Below, piece by piece: positions 24,501-37,400 of a DNA stretch of 64,000 nucleotides (the first letter of the stretch is position 1; each line of letters starts with the position of its first letter). A program made the position numbers and the translations under genes. The stretch is from positions 3,658,001-3,722,000 of the forward strand of contig OZ176054.1 in assembly GCA_964247055.1 (NCBI GenBank). Reading direction: 5' to 3'. The notes beneath the pieces are model-generated. The model saw nothing but the letters and a program-made list of their open reading frames with translations. It ran no database searches and had not been told where the DNA came from. Origin of the DNA: Paragordius varius (lineage: Eukaryota > Animalia > Nematomorpha).

Positions 24501-27500
24501 AAAAATGATAAATAATTGTCTATTATAATTTCCGCGGTAATATCCATATTTTCTTTATGAATTATTTTAAGTGTTAGTTTTATTTATAAAATCTTTCTTC
24601 AAAAGCAAATATCTGAAAATTGCGTTATTATTTTGCTCCCTTGAAAACTTGCATAAAAATACTAAGTTTATAAGTAATGTCGAAAAGGTAGGCTAATAAA
24701 ACCCACCATTTGTAACTATTAATTTCCTCGTCGAATTTTCTGTTATCTTTTTTAACTTATAAAATTTCATGTCTTATAACAAAAAATTTATTTAATTATT
24801 TTCTAAGGCTTAGCCATCTTACAGCGGTGTACAAAAGCATAATCAAACTTATTGTGGATATCTTTCAGAGGGTTGAATTAACGGCGGTTGAATTTCCTGC
24901 CACGGTTGTAGTTAATTTAATCCACAACCGTTTTAATTGAATTTGGTGCATCTTTTACACGCAAAACCAGATTTCGCTGATGAATAAAGCAGTGAAAGGA
25001 TAAGGAATAAATACTTTGTTTATTCCAATGAACGAAATTAATTTTTTCTTAGATATACCATTATTATCGAAAAAAGTGCTGATTTAAGAAATCCCTTTCT
25101 TTCGTGTTATACACATTGGTAAGAGTAAATCTCCCTCGTTGATTATGTTGTCGATGCAAAATCTCATGAACACTGAATTATCAGTGTTAGAATCAGTAGC
25201 AATACTAAAATAATAGCAGTTTTTCATATCTTCAATGCATTGAGCACATGTTGAATCAGAAAATTGGAGTTTTTTTGCCTCATGATTTGATCTTTATTAT
25301 GGAATTTATCAAATAAAAAAGTGCAACCATTTATTACATATTCAGGTTAATAATTGGGAATCAGTAAACGGTTTTATTTTTCCTAAAATATATTAAATTC
25401 AGAAGCTAATGTTACAGCTTTTTGGTGTGAGAAAGCTATGGACATAAGAGATTTTTATTTCTGGTATAATTCCTTATTTTTTTTTATATTTTTCGTTTCT
25501 TTCCTCATTTTCTGGTAATTTGAGAATGATGGATTGTAAAATGTCTTTCAATATTTATAACAGGTAACAACATTTTTATTTTAAACGATAAAGAATTTTT
25601 CCCATTCTTTTTTAAATGAGCGATATTCATTAGATGTCATACCTTGAATTTGTTTAAATATTATGTAAATTTTTTCATAAAAATAGGAATATAATTTGAA
25701 TTATGCTAAAAAAACAGGTCGAAAGTTAATGATGGTGATCCGCAAATATTTTATGGGAATGAGTTATAAAGCAGGATAGCAAGAGATTATGTATATGCAA
25801 GTTTGGTTGTAAAGCTCAAATAACAAAATAAAGATTACCAAAATTAATTTTAAAGAAAATGTTAATATTAAAAGTAAAAATTAGTTAATGTGTATAAAAA
25901 TCATTGATAAAAAAATAATTCATGTATAAAATAGTCATAGGGCAATTTCCAAGCACTCTTAGGGCCGCATGCGGCCCGCGGGCCGCGGTTTGAGTATCAC
26001 TGAAATGGCATTTCACGGGGTGAGCGGGTAAAAAGAGGCCTAAATTAAAAAAGCCCACTGTGTTCGGCGAAATCGAAAAAAGTAAATCATTTTTGAAATC
26101 GAATGGTCCACACGTTTTCCGGAATATTGTCTCAAAGACACGCTTTTTGTGGACTTCTGTTTTCAAACCCGTTTTTTACACGGGGTGGGCCCGAACTGAG
26201 AGCCTAATTCGAAAAAAGGGCGAAGTTATTGTCGGGGCATTCATTAATGATTATATTTTTTCGACATTTGGATTTGAATGGGTCTACCGGTTTTCAGAAT
26301 ACAGATCACAAAGCCAGCATTTTTCATTTTTATAAATATATAGATTAATATTTTAAACAATTATCCTCGTTATGTTTTGTTCATATACATTATATTTAAA
26401 CCAATATTTGAAATTATAAATAAAGTTGGCCTAAAAAAATAGAATTAATATAATAAATAATTAAGTAATTAAATTTAAAAATTAATTTATCATCAAATAT
26501 TGTCAATAAAATAAAAATCATAATTCAACGCAAAATTTAACTAATCATTAACTATAAATTGAATGATACTTAATAATAACTAGTCACCAAGTAAAAAATT
26601 TGTTTTTGTTGCTTTTGCTTGAAAAAATTTGGGTGAACTTGAAAAAATGTTGCGTTTGATTAAAAAAATGTTGTTTTTGACTGAAAAATGTTGAGTTTGC
26701 TTGAAAAATGTTGCGTTTGGTTGAAAAAATGTTGTTTTTCACTGAAAACTATATATATATATGTTATAATCCTCAAAAATTACTGTGTAATAATTTTAAT
26801 TATGTAATTAAAATATTAAATTTCAATTTTCAAACCAAAAATAGATTTTTCAAATCCAAGTAACATCCAATAATCGTCCAAAAATCAAATTATTATGCCT
26901 CCTTACTGAGTATTTGTCCGATACCACACATAATTTACCCACTATCTCAAGTCCCTTATTAGAAAGTCTAAATTTTCAAAGCGAAAAAATGTCAGATGGA
27001 AAAAATTTACAAAATCTCAATATATGCACGGGAAGGTATATAACAATCCAGTGTTTAACAGGATGACAGCTTAGATTAATTTGTGTAAATTCTATTTGTA
27101 AAAGTAAAAGCTATGGACAACAAATTTTTCGGCCACTCGAGTTTTTTGCATATTCTGATATTTATTATCATTTTAACAGTAAATCTGAAATAAAAATTAT
27201 AACTTGATGGAAGAAATTTGTATAATTTGATTTTTTTGATTAAGCGCCCTCTTTATCAAAATTTTACTAAAAAATGTTTTTCTTTGAAAATATACAAGTA
27301 ATGCCCATTTGTAATATATCATTCGAAAGAGTAATAAAAACTCTATAAAATACATACTAATATGTATTACATCGACAGTTAATATTGGACACAAATAGCG
27401 ACAAACGCGCGAAGCGAGAGCATTTTTTTTAATTATTATATTTTCAAAACTAATGGATGAAAATAGCTCAAACTTTGTTTAGATGGTGATGATTGTCCAA

Positions 27501-30500
27501 AAAAGATAACACAAGAAAGTTTTTTTGATAAAAACATTTTTTGATTGCTTTTATGTCACTCAGAACGGCCATTTTTAAGTTTTTTGTTTTTTAAAAAATA
27601 CCATCTCATCAATATTAATTTATTTTCTTTACGAGGCTAATCGAAATATTAAAGCTAATAACAAAGTTTAAGGTATTTTTGATATTTTATAGCCATTATG
27701 TAATAAATTTACAGTTATAACTATGCATTTTAGTATCCACTAGGTAAAATATTTATGATAATAATAATTTTTATTAAAAAAGCAACAAAAGCTTTTTCAA
27801 ACATTTTTTTTAAATTAAATACTAATATAACCCTAATAATTATATTAAAATAATTTATATGATTTTCAAATTAGTTTGTCTGTGAAATTCTTGACTTATT
27901 TAAGGATTGAAAATTTCGACCATTTAAATCCAAATAACTTTTACATCCGATTGATTTAAATGACTTACTACCATTTAAAAGATGCAGTTTTTTGCGCTTT
28001 TTCGATTGATATAAAATACATGGCTTCATATCTAAAACTTTTAATTTTCGAAATTTCGAGTTTAATGTTAAATTGGGGCCAATTATCGATAAACTCTAAT
28101 ATAAAAAAATTCTTGCATGCTAGACCAATTTTCTTTTCAGATATACTAATTATGTACTTTAATGAAATAAATTTTAAAATTACAAGAATGGCAGTTACGG
28201 ACAAAAAGTAAAATTATAAGGACAGATATTTGATATTTTTTCAAAGACAACCATACTTTTATAATCTTGATTTTTTTTAATAATAACTGATTGTTATAAA
28301 ATATAAATTGCTAACGCCCATCAGTTTTGTATTTTACGATTGCAATTAAATGATATTTAAAGGATAGATTAAGGTTTTTAAAAGTATGGATGTCTCTTGA
28401 AAAAAAATTTTGTCTTTATATTTCGTCTTGTCCGTATAATTTCATATTTTAATTTAATAAATTTTTCCCGCCATTAAGCCATAGACGAGTCATCCGTATA
28501 ATATATTTTTTGAAGTGATCAACTTTATTTTTTTAACAACTATATTCGAAAACAACCTTTGAAAGCTTAAAATTTATAGGGGTTGGATATTTATTATTTT
28601 TAAACCTTACACAACCTAAATTTTTTCATAAATCACAGCTTTTTAAATCTAAATAATTTTTTTCTTTTTATGCACAAATAATTGCATATCATATGTAGAT
28701 TTTTAACTTTTTCCAATCTTCTTAACGCGGAAACACTGGAAGAAAGCGAGAATGATCCTTACAAATTTATTTATCTCCCAATCGATAACTGGACAAATCA
28801 ATATGCTTTGATAGCTTATCAAATATATTCTTATGTCATGGCCATAATATTTGATAAATCTACATTTTTATCCGCATATAATATGGGTAAAATAAAATTA
28901 ACCTTTTTACTTTATTATGTATAATTTGGAAAGATTGACACTTTTTAACAACCTGGACTTAAAACGGTTTCCATTTTTCAAAAATATATTCACCCTTTTT
29001 TTTCAATTTTTAATACATTTTTATTTAAATTTTTCAATATTTTTACCTATATCCATAGAACCAAACTTAATACCGTTTGATTATTTTTGGCATTTTTTTC
29101 AGGACCGTTGCCATAAAGCCCGTTTTTTTATATGTATAAACTTATAAGGCCGACCAGAAAATTGAAACCATTCGGGTTTTTTATTGCCATAATTAAATTA
29201 TAATTTTTACATAATGTTTCCAATGATGCTGTATTTTATTTTATTAGATGCTTTTTGATAGATATTATTATTTTTCTTTGTATACAGACCAAGAAAATCT
29301 TCAGGAAAACTTGTCAAAACCAGATTTCTTGCTTACTATTCGGCAACATATTGAAAATATTTTGGGAAAACAATTTTTACATTATACTGCTCATAGCTCT
29401 ATAAATCATTTGCCATTTTCCACAAGGTTCCAATGTTTTTCTTATTTATTTTTAATTTTATATCTCTAAGAGAAGTTATAATAGAAAGTAAAATATTCTT
29501 GCTTAATATAGGCTTTTAATTGTTAGAATGTACTAAATTAATAATATATTAAAACAGTTTTAAAATAAGTAACCATTACAAACTTAAATCTTTGTCAACA
29601 AATTGCAATCATTTTTCGTGTATCGCTAAATTTAGGCTTTAAAGTTTTTTTTTATTTAATATAATATGAATCGCTTAAAATTGACTAGTGTATTAAAATA
29701 AAATTTGTAAAATTTAAAAAATTATTTATATAACAAAAATATTATCATTTCCACCCCAGGAATTATGTTTTAAATTATAGTTTAGATAAAATAATTCACT
29801 CTCTTCATTACCTCGTGGTTGATAAAACAAATAAAACTTTGCGATCGAATTTGGCTCTCAATCAATGGGCATTGTTTCACGAAATGAGTGATAATCAAAT
29901 AACATGTAAAAAAGACAAGCCCCATGATATTAATTCATATAGATGTATTCAAAATGACTTGATTGCTATGTTTTATCGCCTTTATCAAGATGTTAAAAGG
30001 TTTTTTTTATTTTTAATATATTTAAAATAGATGGATTGCTTATGATACATATATTTATTTGATTAACCGTCAGAGTTTTGTCATATGCATTGGTCTTTTT
30101 TTATAAATTTTTTAAATATACAACGTTTCTAAACTACTCATGATAATCATGCATTTTTAGTCCAAATAGGAGCCACTGAAAAGTGCTTGTACCATCTAAC
30201 CATCAAAATAATCCACTAATTCATCAATTTATATTTCTCCACAATTGCTAAAATTTCTGTAATCTGATTATAATAAATATTTTAATAATTTTTTTTTAAA
30301 AAAGTCTCGGTGTGGATATAATGAGCCACGCGCCAAAATTGCGACCATATTAGGTAGGATGTAGATATAAATGATTAAATATGCAATTTAAGCAAATCAT
30401 CACATATTATTATGTTTTACGTATTATTGTTTTAGATATCCCTTAGATTCAAGCCTGATATTTAAATATGAAAATATTGGCGGTAATATTGGTACACGCA

Positions 30501-30706
30501 GTGGTGGTTTTAATTCTCCCTTTTCTTCAACATCATCACCCTCCTCAACTGTTTCAAAAAATGAAGCAATTTGGTTTGTTTCCAAGACTCACCGAAATAA
30601 AATACATGTTTGTTGTGTCCTTTTAAATGCACACCATGGTTCACGCATACCATCAAACCTTATAATATCTGTGATTAGACGAGAAATCTTGAATCGTTTA
30701 TTGTAA
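21557..30706 (+). CDS. CCZ1: Vacuolar fusion protein CCZ1 (Mon1-Ccz1 Rab7 GEF subunit)
   Basis: join(21557..21604,21629..21814,21838..21912,21936..22031,22055..22288,[unresolved exon(s)],28699..28886,29288..29426,29781..29999,30436..30706). FVVFNLLLGNHEGE|ELEKILYFYP...KIRIVGLCDAFYKFARSF matches the CCZ1 N-terminus (KIRNVGLCEAIVQFTRTF). Also MFK|LFYG, LWSTLDE, RFLT, YALIAYQ and IWFVSKTHR. The first four introns are 24, 23, 23 and 23 nt. Confidence 0.82.
22960..26346 (+). mobile_element. Helitron-like element, copy 2, with internal tandem repeats; split by a hAT insertion
   Basis: Starts TAGTAGCGTAA and ends TATAAATATATAGATT like the 15460 copy. About five 110-160-bp subrepeats with core tatggtggcgcattt lie at 23097-23750. 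Confidence 0.6.
23857..26002 (-). mobile_element. Decayed hAT transposon (SPIN/Buster-like), 2146 bp
   Basis: TIRs cagtggtactca / tgagtatcactg; perfect 8-bp TSD AAATGGCA (23849-23856, 26003-26010). Minus-strand transposase remnants YFSIATDSNTD (~25200) and VFPSTYTCEMAYS...YRNPLTDDDM (~24140-24250). Confidence 0.9.
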
Positions 30707-30856
30707 ATCAAGTGTGTGTGTGTATATATTATTATAAAAAGATGTATGAAAATAAATTATTTATTTATTGTTGAATATTATACATATTTATATGTAAAAC
30801 CGATTGTCTTGTAATATTTTTTCCGAAATTCAGAATATATATTAAATAATGTAATT

Positions 30857-31273
30857 TCATAGTTTGGTTACGCTGACTTCCTCCATTCCATAAAAATAAA
30901 TAACTAACGTCTGCGCATCCGCTCTCTCAGATTTTAGCCATTTTGACAATTTTGATTGAGGATTTTTTCCAAAACTAAGGCTATACCTATTTTTGTAATG
31001 CAATCGTCTAAATTTGATTACGAACCAACCAATTATAAGGATGGATAAGGCATTAATAAATATAAGCATTATGAGTAAAAGAATTTCATCTTGTAAAAAG
31101 GATGGTTGATTTTGAGTAGGTATGGTTTTACCATAACTTGTATTTTGTAATAGAAAAGTGTTTTGGGATATTGAATGTTTTCCACTTCCGTCCTCATGAA
31201 TTGTTAATGCACTTGTGTTATTTATTGATAAAGATTTTAAAATTTTTGTCGGTTTAAAATCAAACGAATCCAT
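30857..31273 (-). CDS. ORF/exon encoding a single transmembrane helix; parent gene uncertain
   Basis: 138-aa ORF with ILLLIMLIFINALSILIIGWFVI followed by KFRR. Could be a small gene or an alternative last exon of the gene ending at 31426; a candidate acceptor aaatag|cc lies ~40 nt upstream of the ATG. Confidence 0.5.
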   Translation of the reverse strand: MDSFDFKPTKILKSLSINNTSALTIHEDGSGKHSISQNTFLLQNTSYGKTIPTQNQPSFLQDEILLLIMLIFINALSILIIGWFVIKFRRLHYKNRYSLSFGKNPQSKLSKWLKSERADAQTLVIYFYGMEEVSVTKL

Positions 31274-31425
31274 AAAAATATTTATGGAATTTGGCTTGAA
31301 TAGAACAATGACGGCTATTTAAACAATTAAACTAACATGGATTTTGATTATTTATACCACTGGTTCAACCATTGTTTTCCAAGTGAACGGATTTGAATTC
31401 TGTAAAAGGAATGAGTATTTTTGCC

Positions 31426-34400
31426 TTAAATATTATCATCAGGTATTTCATCATTGTTTATGGTATTATTATTATTAATATTATTCTCAGTTAGTTGTTG
31501 CTGCTGGTTCCCAATGGTGTAATCCATTAAAGAATTGTTCATGAGATAAATTTTAGATCTTTGAGTGTTGAATAGGGCCATGCCTAAAATAGCTTTTGGC
31601 ATATTAGTCACGAGGAATAAAAATAATTCATCCGATTCACTCATTTCAAACGACGCAGATTCAAGGTCCTCTACTTCTTCGATTATAATTATATCCTCAT
31701 TCACATCGCCCCCGTTAGATTGTGATGACAAAGATTTATTATTTAGTACGGTGTGGTTTGAACATGCTTTCTTGAAAATTTGTTTAAGGAGGTAGATAAC
31801 ATAATTGAAATCAATACTGCATAAAAGGTTTGGTTTCAGATACGTTAACAGAGTCTAAAATTATTGAAGAAAATTTTTTTAAATTATTTTTTACTTAAAA
31901 TTTAATGTTTATTAAACGAATCCGATTGACTTTCGTGACGTCAATCAAAGTACCATTGTTTTTCTAATTGTTCTTTTTTATGTCCAGATATTATTGTGAT
32001 ACAATATCAGTAAGTAGCCAAAAAATAAACATGAATAAAAAAATTCAATCGAGTGTTACTTTTCACTGAAAAATCGTAAAGTATTTTGTTTATAATTAAA
32101 TAAAATAAAAGCTATTTCAAAAATAAAGGTTTTAATCTTGAGAATTTAATACGAAATTATATATTTTGGAAACGTTTGGAACCGTACAGTTATAAAATTG
32201 TGGTTTGGTCCCAGTTCCATATAAATCTTCAAAATTATCCCCAAATGGATTGGTAAATGAATGTAGTTAGCACACATATTAGAGTAAATATGATATATGA
32301 AAACAGGAACCTGTATAAAATATGAATTAAGACTCGGATACGCCATAAAAAATGATTCATAAATGTCAGGTACGTAATTAAAAACGGTCGGATAATTCCT
32401 CATTAGAGAAGGCATCAACTCTTTTGCATTGTTAATTACAATGGTTTCCTCGCTTAGTTTGCCCCAATCATTAATACCAATATCATTATTTAAGCCTTGC
32501 TTATCATTAATATGTTTGTTGTTAATTATTGTCCATTGATGAGTAAATTTTATTGCATAATCATACCATCTCTTAATATCTGATGCACGATGCAGGTAAT
32601 ATACCTTAAAAATGGTTCCACATCTTTGACTAAAAATGTCCAAATTTATGGTATTTTCCATAAAAGTTTCATCTATTTCCAATGATCGAACCCATAGATA
32701 ACATTCATTGCTAGTGTATGCCGATATGTGATTTAGTTTAAGTATTATTTGCTGCAAACATTGTTGTGCTAATAAATAAATAAATAAAAAACAATAGTAA
32801 TTTTACCCTAAAAATAAAATGAACACGCTTATATCATATGTATTATCGCTTAAGCGCTACCAGTAACCCGATCAGAGTTTTAACATATATTTTCTCATTA
32901 CAGACCCATAGAACCTTAATTTTAAATAAATATGAGACTTATTAATTTAGGTACGGTTGAATTATTTATTTTCAGCGTCTTTTCTATAACAATAGATTTA
33001 GAACTCCTAGGACGCTTAATTATTACGGAAACAGTCAAATTTATGTTTGCTAATTATGAATTTAAGGTGTGACTATAAAAAAGGTAAAAAATGTAATTTA
33101 ACCGAGAATTTTTTAATTAGCTAGGTGGAATTGATAAAAAAACCTAATTTCAAACAATAAACTGACAAATATACAGATTTTGATTATGATGAAAGATTAT
33201 AAAAATGGTATACAAATTTTTTAGGGAATATGGACAAAATAGATAATTGAAATACAATTTGGAAAATATATTTTGGCATATATATTAATAAGAGATCCCG
33301 ATCAAGGATCCAATAAATATAAAGATCCAAATAGATGTAATGTATATTAAGAATAAATATTTAATAAATTTCGACCAAAACTACAGAGGAAAAATGGGTA
33401 AATATAATCTTTATAAATTGGAGTAAACTTACCATTTGCATCATTATTTGATTGAGTTATATCCGTAACCAACAACCAAACAATTTGGTATTTAAATGCA
33501 ATATTTGTTAAACGTTTAATCATACAATGCGATACTGTTTCAATGGCAAAGTTGATTGCGTTACTCCCTTTATTGGATTGAGAAATACAAATAGTTTTAA
33601 TCATATCCTCTATCGTTGAAGAATCAAATATAATCCCTGCACTAAAGATATCAATTATGATATCCGCATCATCAAACAGGTATGGTAGGGTAGGCAACAT
33701 GGAAGGAATAGAATTTCTGACATGTTGAGTATATTACAGTAAAAATGAAAATTAACAGATAAAACATAAAAACTGAAATAATTTTTTTTGAGACAACCAT
33801 GCTTTTTTGGACTTGATTTTTTTAAATATTACTCATTGTTTTGGGTTATAAAATAAGGGATATTGCAAATTGTATATACATTCAATTACATAATTTATTA
33901 TGTGGTTGTCTCCTCAAAAAAATTTGTCTTTTGTCTGTATGTTTCCAATTTTTACTGGATATAAAAATATAACAAAGATAAACAAAATACATATTTACCT
34001 ATGCAATGGCTTAAAAGTCATATTTGACTCAACAGGCATTCCTGTTGAAACAGCACGGATTATAAAGGACACTTCCATCAAATAGGATCTATGATACAAT
34101 AATAAGATATATAATTTATTTATTTTTCATGCATAGATTTTAAGTTTGGTTGTTTCTTAAAAGATTTTTCCCCCATTATAATTTAAAAAAAGCATTGATT
34201 TACAGTGAGGTTAAAATACATTTAAGATGTTAAAAAACGGGTTTGTATAATAGTATCCTCTTTTATCTGTTTAGGAATCCGTTTGTCATTAAAAAGAGTC
34301 TTAAAATTACTATCTTAAATTATTTTATAATTACAAATTTTATGTAGTCCGATGCAAAATTTTTTCAAAATAAGCAATTCGTTGTTAGAAAGTCTGCTTA

Positions 34401-37400
34401 ATTAATTTAGTATCTGTTGAGTTTAGCCATTATTATAAACAACTAAAATTATAAAAATTGTCATATATATATATATATAAATATATATATTATAAGGTCC
34501 TCTACAACAAGATTTTCCCATACATCGAAAATTGGGGGAGCAAAATTATTGCTTCGATCTACATAGAGCTACACACATTTCACTATGTTCTAAAGTGAAA
34601 TTGGCTAAATCCAAAATTACTGCCTAACTAACCTGTCAGGTCGCTGTTAATAGTAAAATATAGAATGTATCGGCGGCAATGCTTAAAAAATGGTGTCAAG
34701 AGTTCTGACCGTCACAAAACTGAGTGAATATAAGGTTATTATATCCAATCCCTGTATTAACAATGAATTAAAAACCTTTACCTGATATAAATATTAAACA
34801 TGAACACCTACTTGTTTTAAACCTTCGTTTCATAAATACTAGTGATATTATTTCCTCACCTATAGGTCTCATCAAAAGCCTCAGTTGAACCAATAGCATG
34901 CATAATTATGGCTAAATGGTTATTTTCATTCACTTCTTCAACATTCCTCTTAGTATTGTTATTGTGTTCATTCTGGATATTAATAGCAAACTGTGATATC
35001 GAAAGACTGGATGATTCTTTATTCAAGGTTTGGGTTAGGTTTTCCATTGGTAGCAATATAAATTTTTGTGTGTCCTATGATAAATATCTTGTATATAAAG
35101 ACCAATTTGATATAACAAAATGTACAATTAAACCTTTTTTGTTATGGGATAACAGTAAAAAATTACAAATAAGCATATTTACAAATTATTGGTCGGCATA
35201 AAATTGCAAAAAAACCGTATTTTAAATTTCCAAAAATTATAATAATATAATCTAAAAAGTGTGGTTACATAATGGTAAATAACAAAAATGTATTATTAGC
35301 TCCCAGAAGATCAAAATTAAAATCTCAAATGTTAATCCACAAAAAAAATTAAAGGAGCCAATTAGTTTGTGGGTGTTATTCCACACTTTTATGTCAGTAA
35401 TGGGGAGTAAATGCATTATTAAGACGAAACGTACCTCATAACACAAAAATAAAAGAGTTTCCTAAAAACCCTTCTATTATTTGGATAGAGGTTTGATTAT
35501 GATTGTATACAAATGTACATTTTCTAAATATATATCACCTATTATTGCTCCGAAAAAAAATTAGTTAATATATGTTATCAAAATTTTAATATATTTTGGA
35601 TAATTGTCCAAACCATTAGGAAATTATTATATAAAAAATGGGAATTATTATTTAAATATATGTATTTTTGTTCCTAACTTTTTAACATGTTCAATAAAAA
35701 AAAAGAAAATTATTCATACTTTTCTCAAATTTTGGAGATCAAAAAAATACTTTTATCCAAGGTGGCACCAATATTATATGTTGAATTTTCATCAAGACTT
35801 CTAAACCATCCAATGTGGTTGAATTAAGAACAATGTCTTGATAGGTATTAAAAGATGATGGTGACGAATTAATGTTAAAGTGAAAAACTTTAATTGATTG
35901 CACAGGCAAATTTTTATTGTCCGTATGTTTTACATTGACATCATTTGATAGGAATGGGATAAGTTTTGGCAAAGATTGAGTTGTTGTGATGTATAAATCA
36001 ATTCTATTTATGAAAAAATAATTATTAATTTTTAGAACTAAAATTAAACCAATTTTGCATATCAAAGTCTTTAAACCAGAGGTATCCAACACAATATGAC
36101 TATGTGGGCCGCATTTTTAGCTCAAAAATTACAACGAACCGCATTTAAAATAATTCATAAATAGTTAGTTAGATTTCAAACATAAGACTTCATAAAAAAC
36201 GGAATAAAGCAATTTTATCGCTCTTGCTACGATAGATATATTTAGAAAAAAATGTTAAGGAATAAGCATTTTACCAAGTTTAATAAAAATATTTTTGCGG
36301 GCCGCACCGAAAGTCTTAAAGGGCCATGTGTTGGCCACCCCTGTTTTATACATTATCTGAGTAAGTTCTAAATAATAATTTTATAGATAAAAAAGTCAAA
36401 TGATATTGCATATTTTAAGATTTACAATTTAAGTCGATTAATAAAATTTTTTTGTGATACCACTTTTTGTTTAAGTATCAAGAAAAAAAACCATTATGTA
36501 TATTAATTTATATGTAAAAAGCTATAGTATATTAGAAAAACAAATAAAATTGAACAATTTACCCTGCAAGATTTAAATTATTGAAACAATCAGTGGTGTT
36601 GTTTGTTAGATCACCAATTTTGAGGTGGCCGAATTTAGTGGAAAGAGCCTTTTTCAAACTGTCACCTAAACTGGTTATCAATATGGCAGATGTTTCTAAA
36701 TCCATCGCAGTGCTATAATTATTATTTGGTTCATAAATTAAAATTATAATTTTTTGATTTTCCTCCTGATGTTTCGAGTAATCAAAACTGTTTTGAGGTT
36801 TTTTCTTGGTTATTAGTTTATGATGAGGATCGGCATTTATCTGTTAAAATAAGAAAAAATTAAATTTTACATCAAGGCGAGTTGGGTAGAAAAATATCGA
36901 TAATATAAATTATACGGTAATAAAAAAATTATAGCCTTTTTAATTCTTAAGTTTCATGAACGGATGAGGTTTTTATGCATAAATTTTTTTAACCAACATC
37001 CGACTATTCAAAGCGAATATTATGATTGGGCTTATCAGTAAAACAAAAACATCAAATTAATGAATGATCTAGAAAAAACGGAACAACGTTTTAAGTTAGA
37101 TCAAACCGCATTCTCGTCTAATACCGCTATTTGAAAGTAGTTAATAACTTTAGTTACAAAAAATAAAAAGACAGTTTTTCAATTCTAACGATGTATTCTA
37201 TAAACAAACTTTATCAAAGCTGAATAATACATTTTGTGATCAAACTTAAATTATTTTTTACCATTGTCATCACTGTTCGGATTCTATTATTTGTCTCTTG
37301 ATTCTCAACCATATCATAGAAACAACGATTTGGAGGTATATTCTGATTTATTTCAACTTTAGTTGTAGAGTCTTTTATTGAGTTATTTTTCGTTGATGAG

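Larger units (their letters stand above)
22603..26749. mobile_element. Outer long-TIR element flanked by (TA)n on both sides; hosts nested insertions in a CCZ1 intron
   Basis: 22603-22830 is the reverse complement of ~26470-26749. TA runs at 22580-22602 and 26750-26762. The right arm carries five ~20-21-bp repeats (gaaaaatgttg..tttg.tt) at ~26640-26745. Confidence 0.7.

Noticed and set aside
21557-30706. HPS1-like gene or a decayed transposase
   Set aside because: Weak longin-type similarity initially suggested HPS1, but micro-intron splicing gave the CCZ1 signature KIRIVGLCDAF and co-linear matches through the C-terminus.
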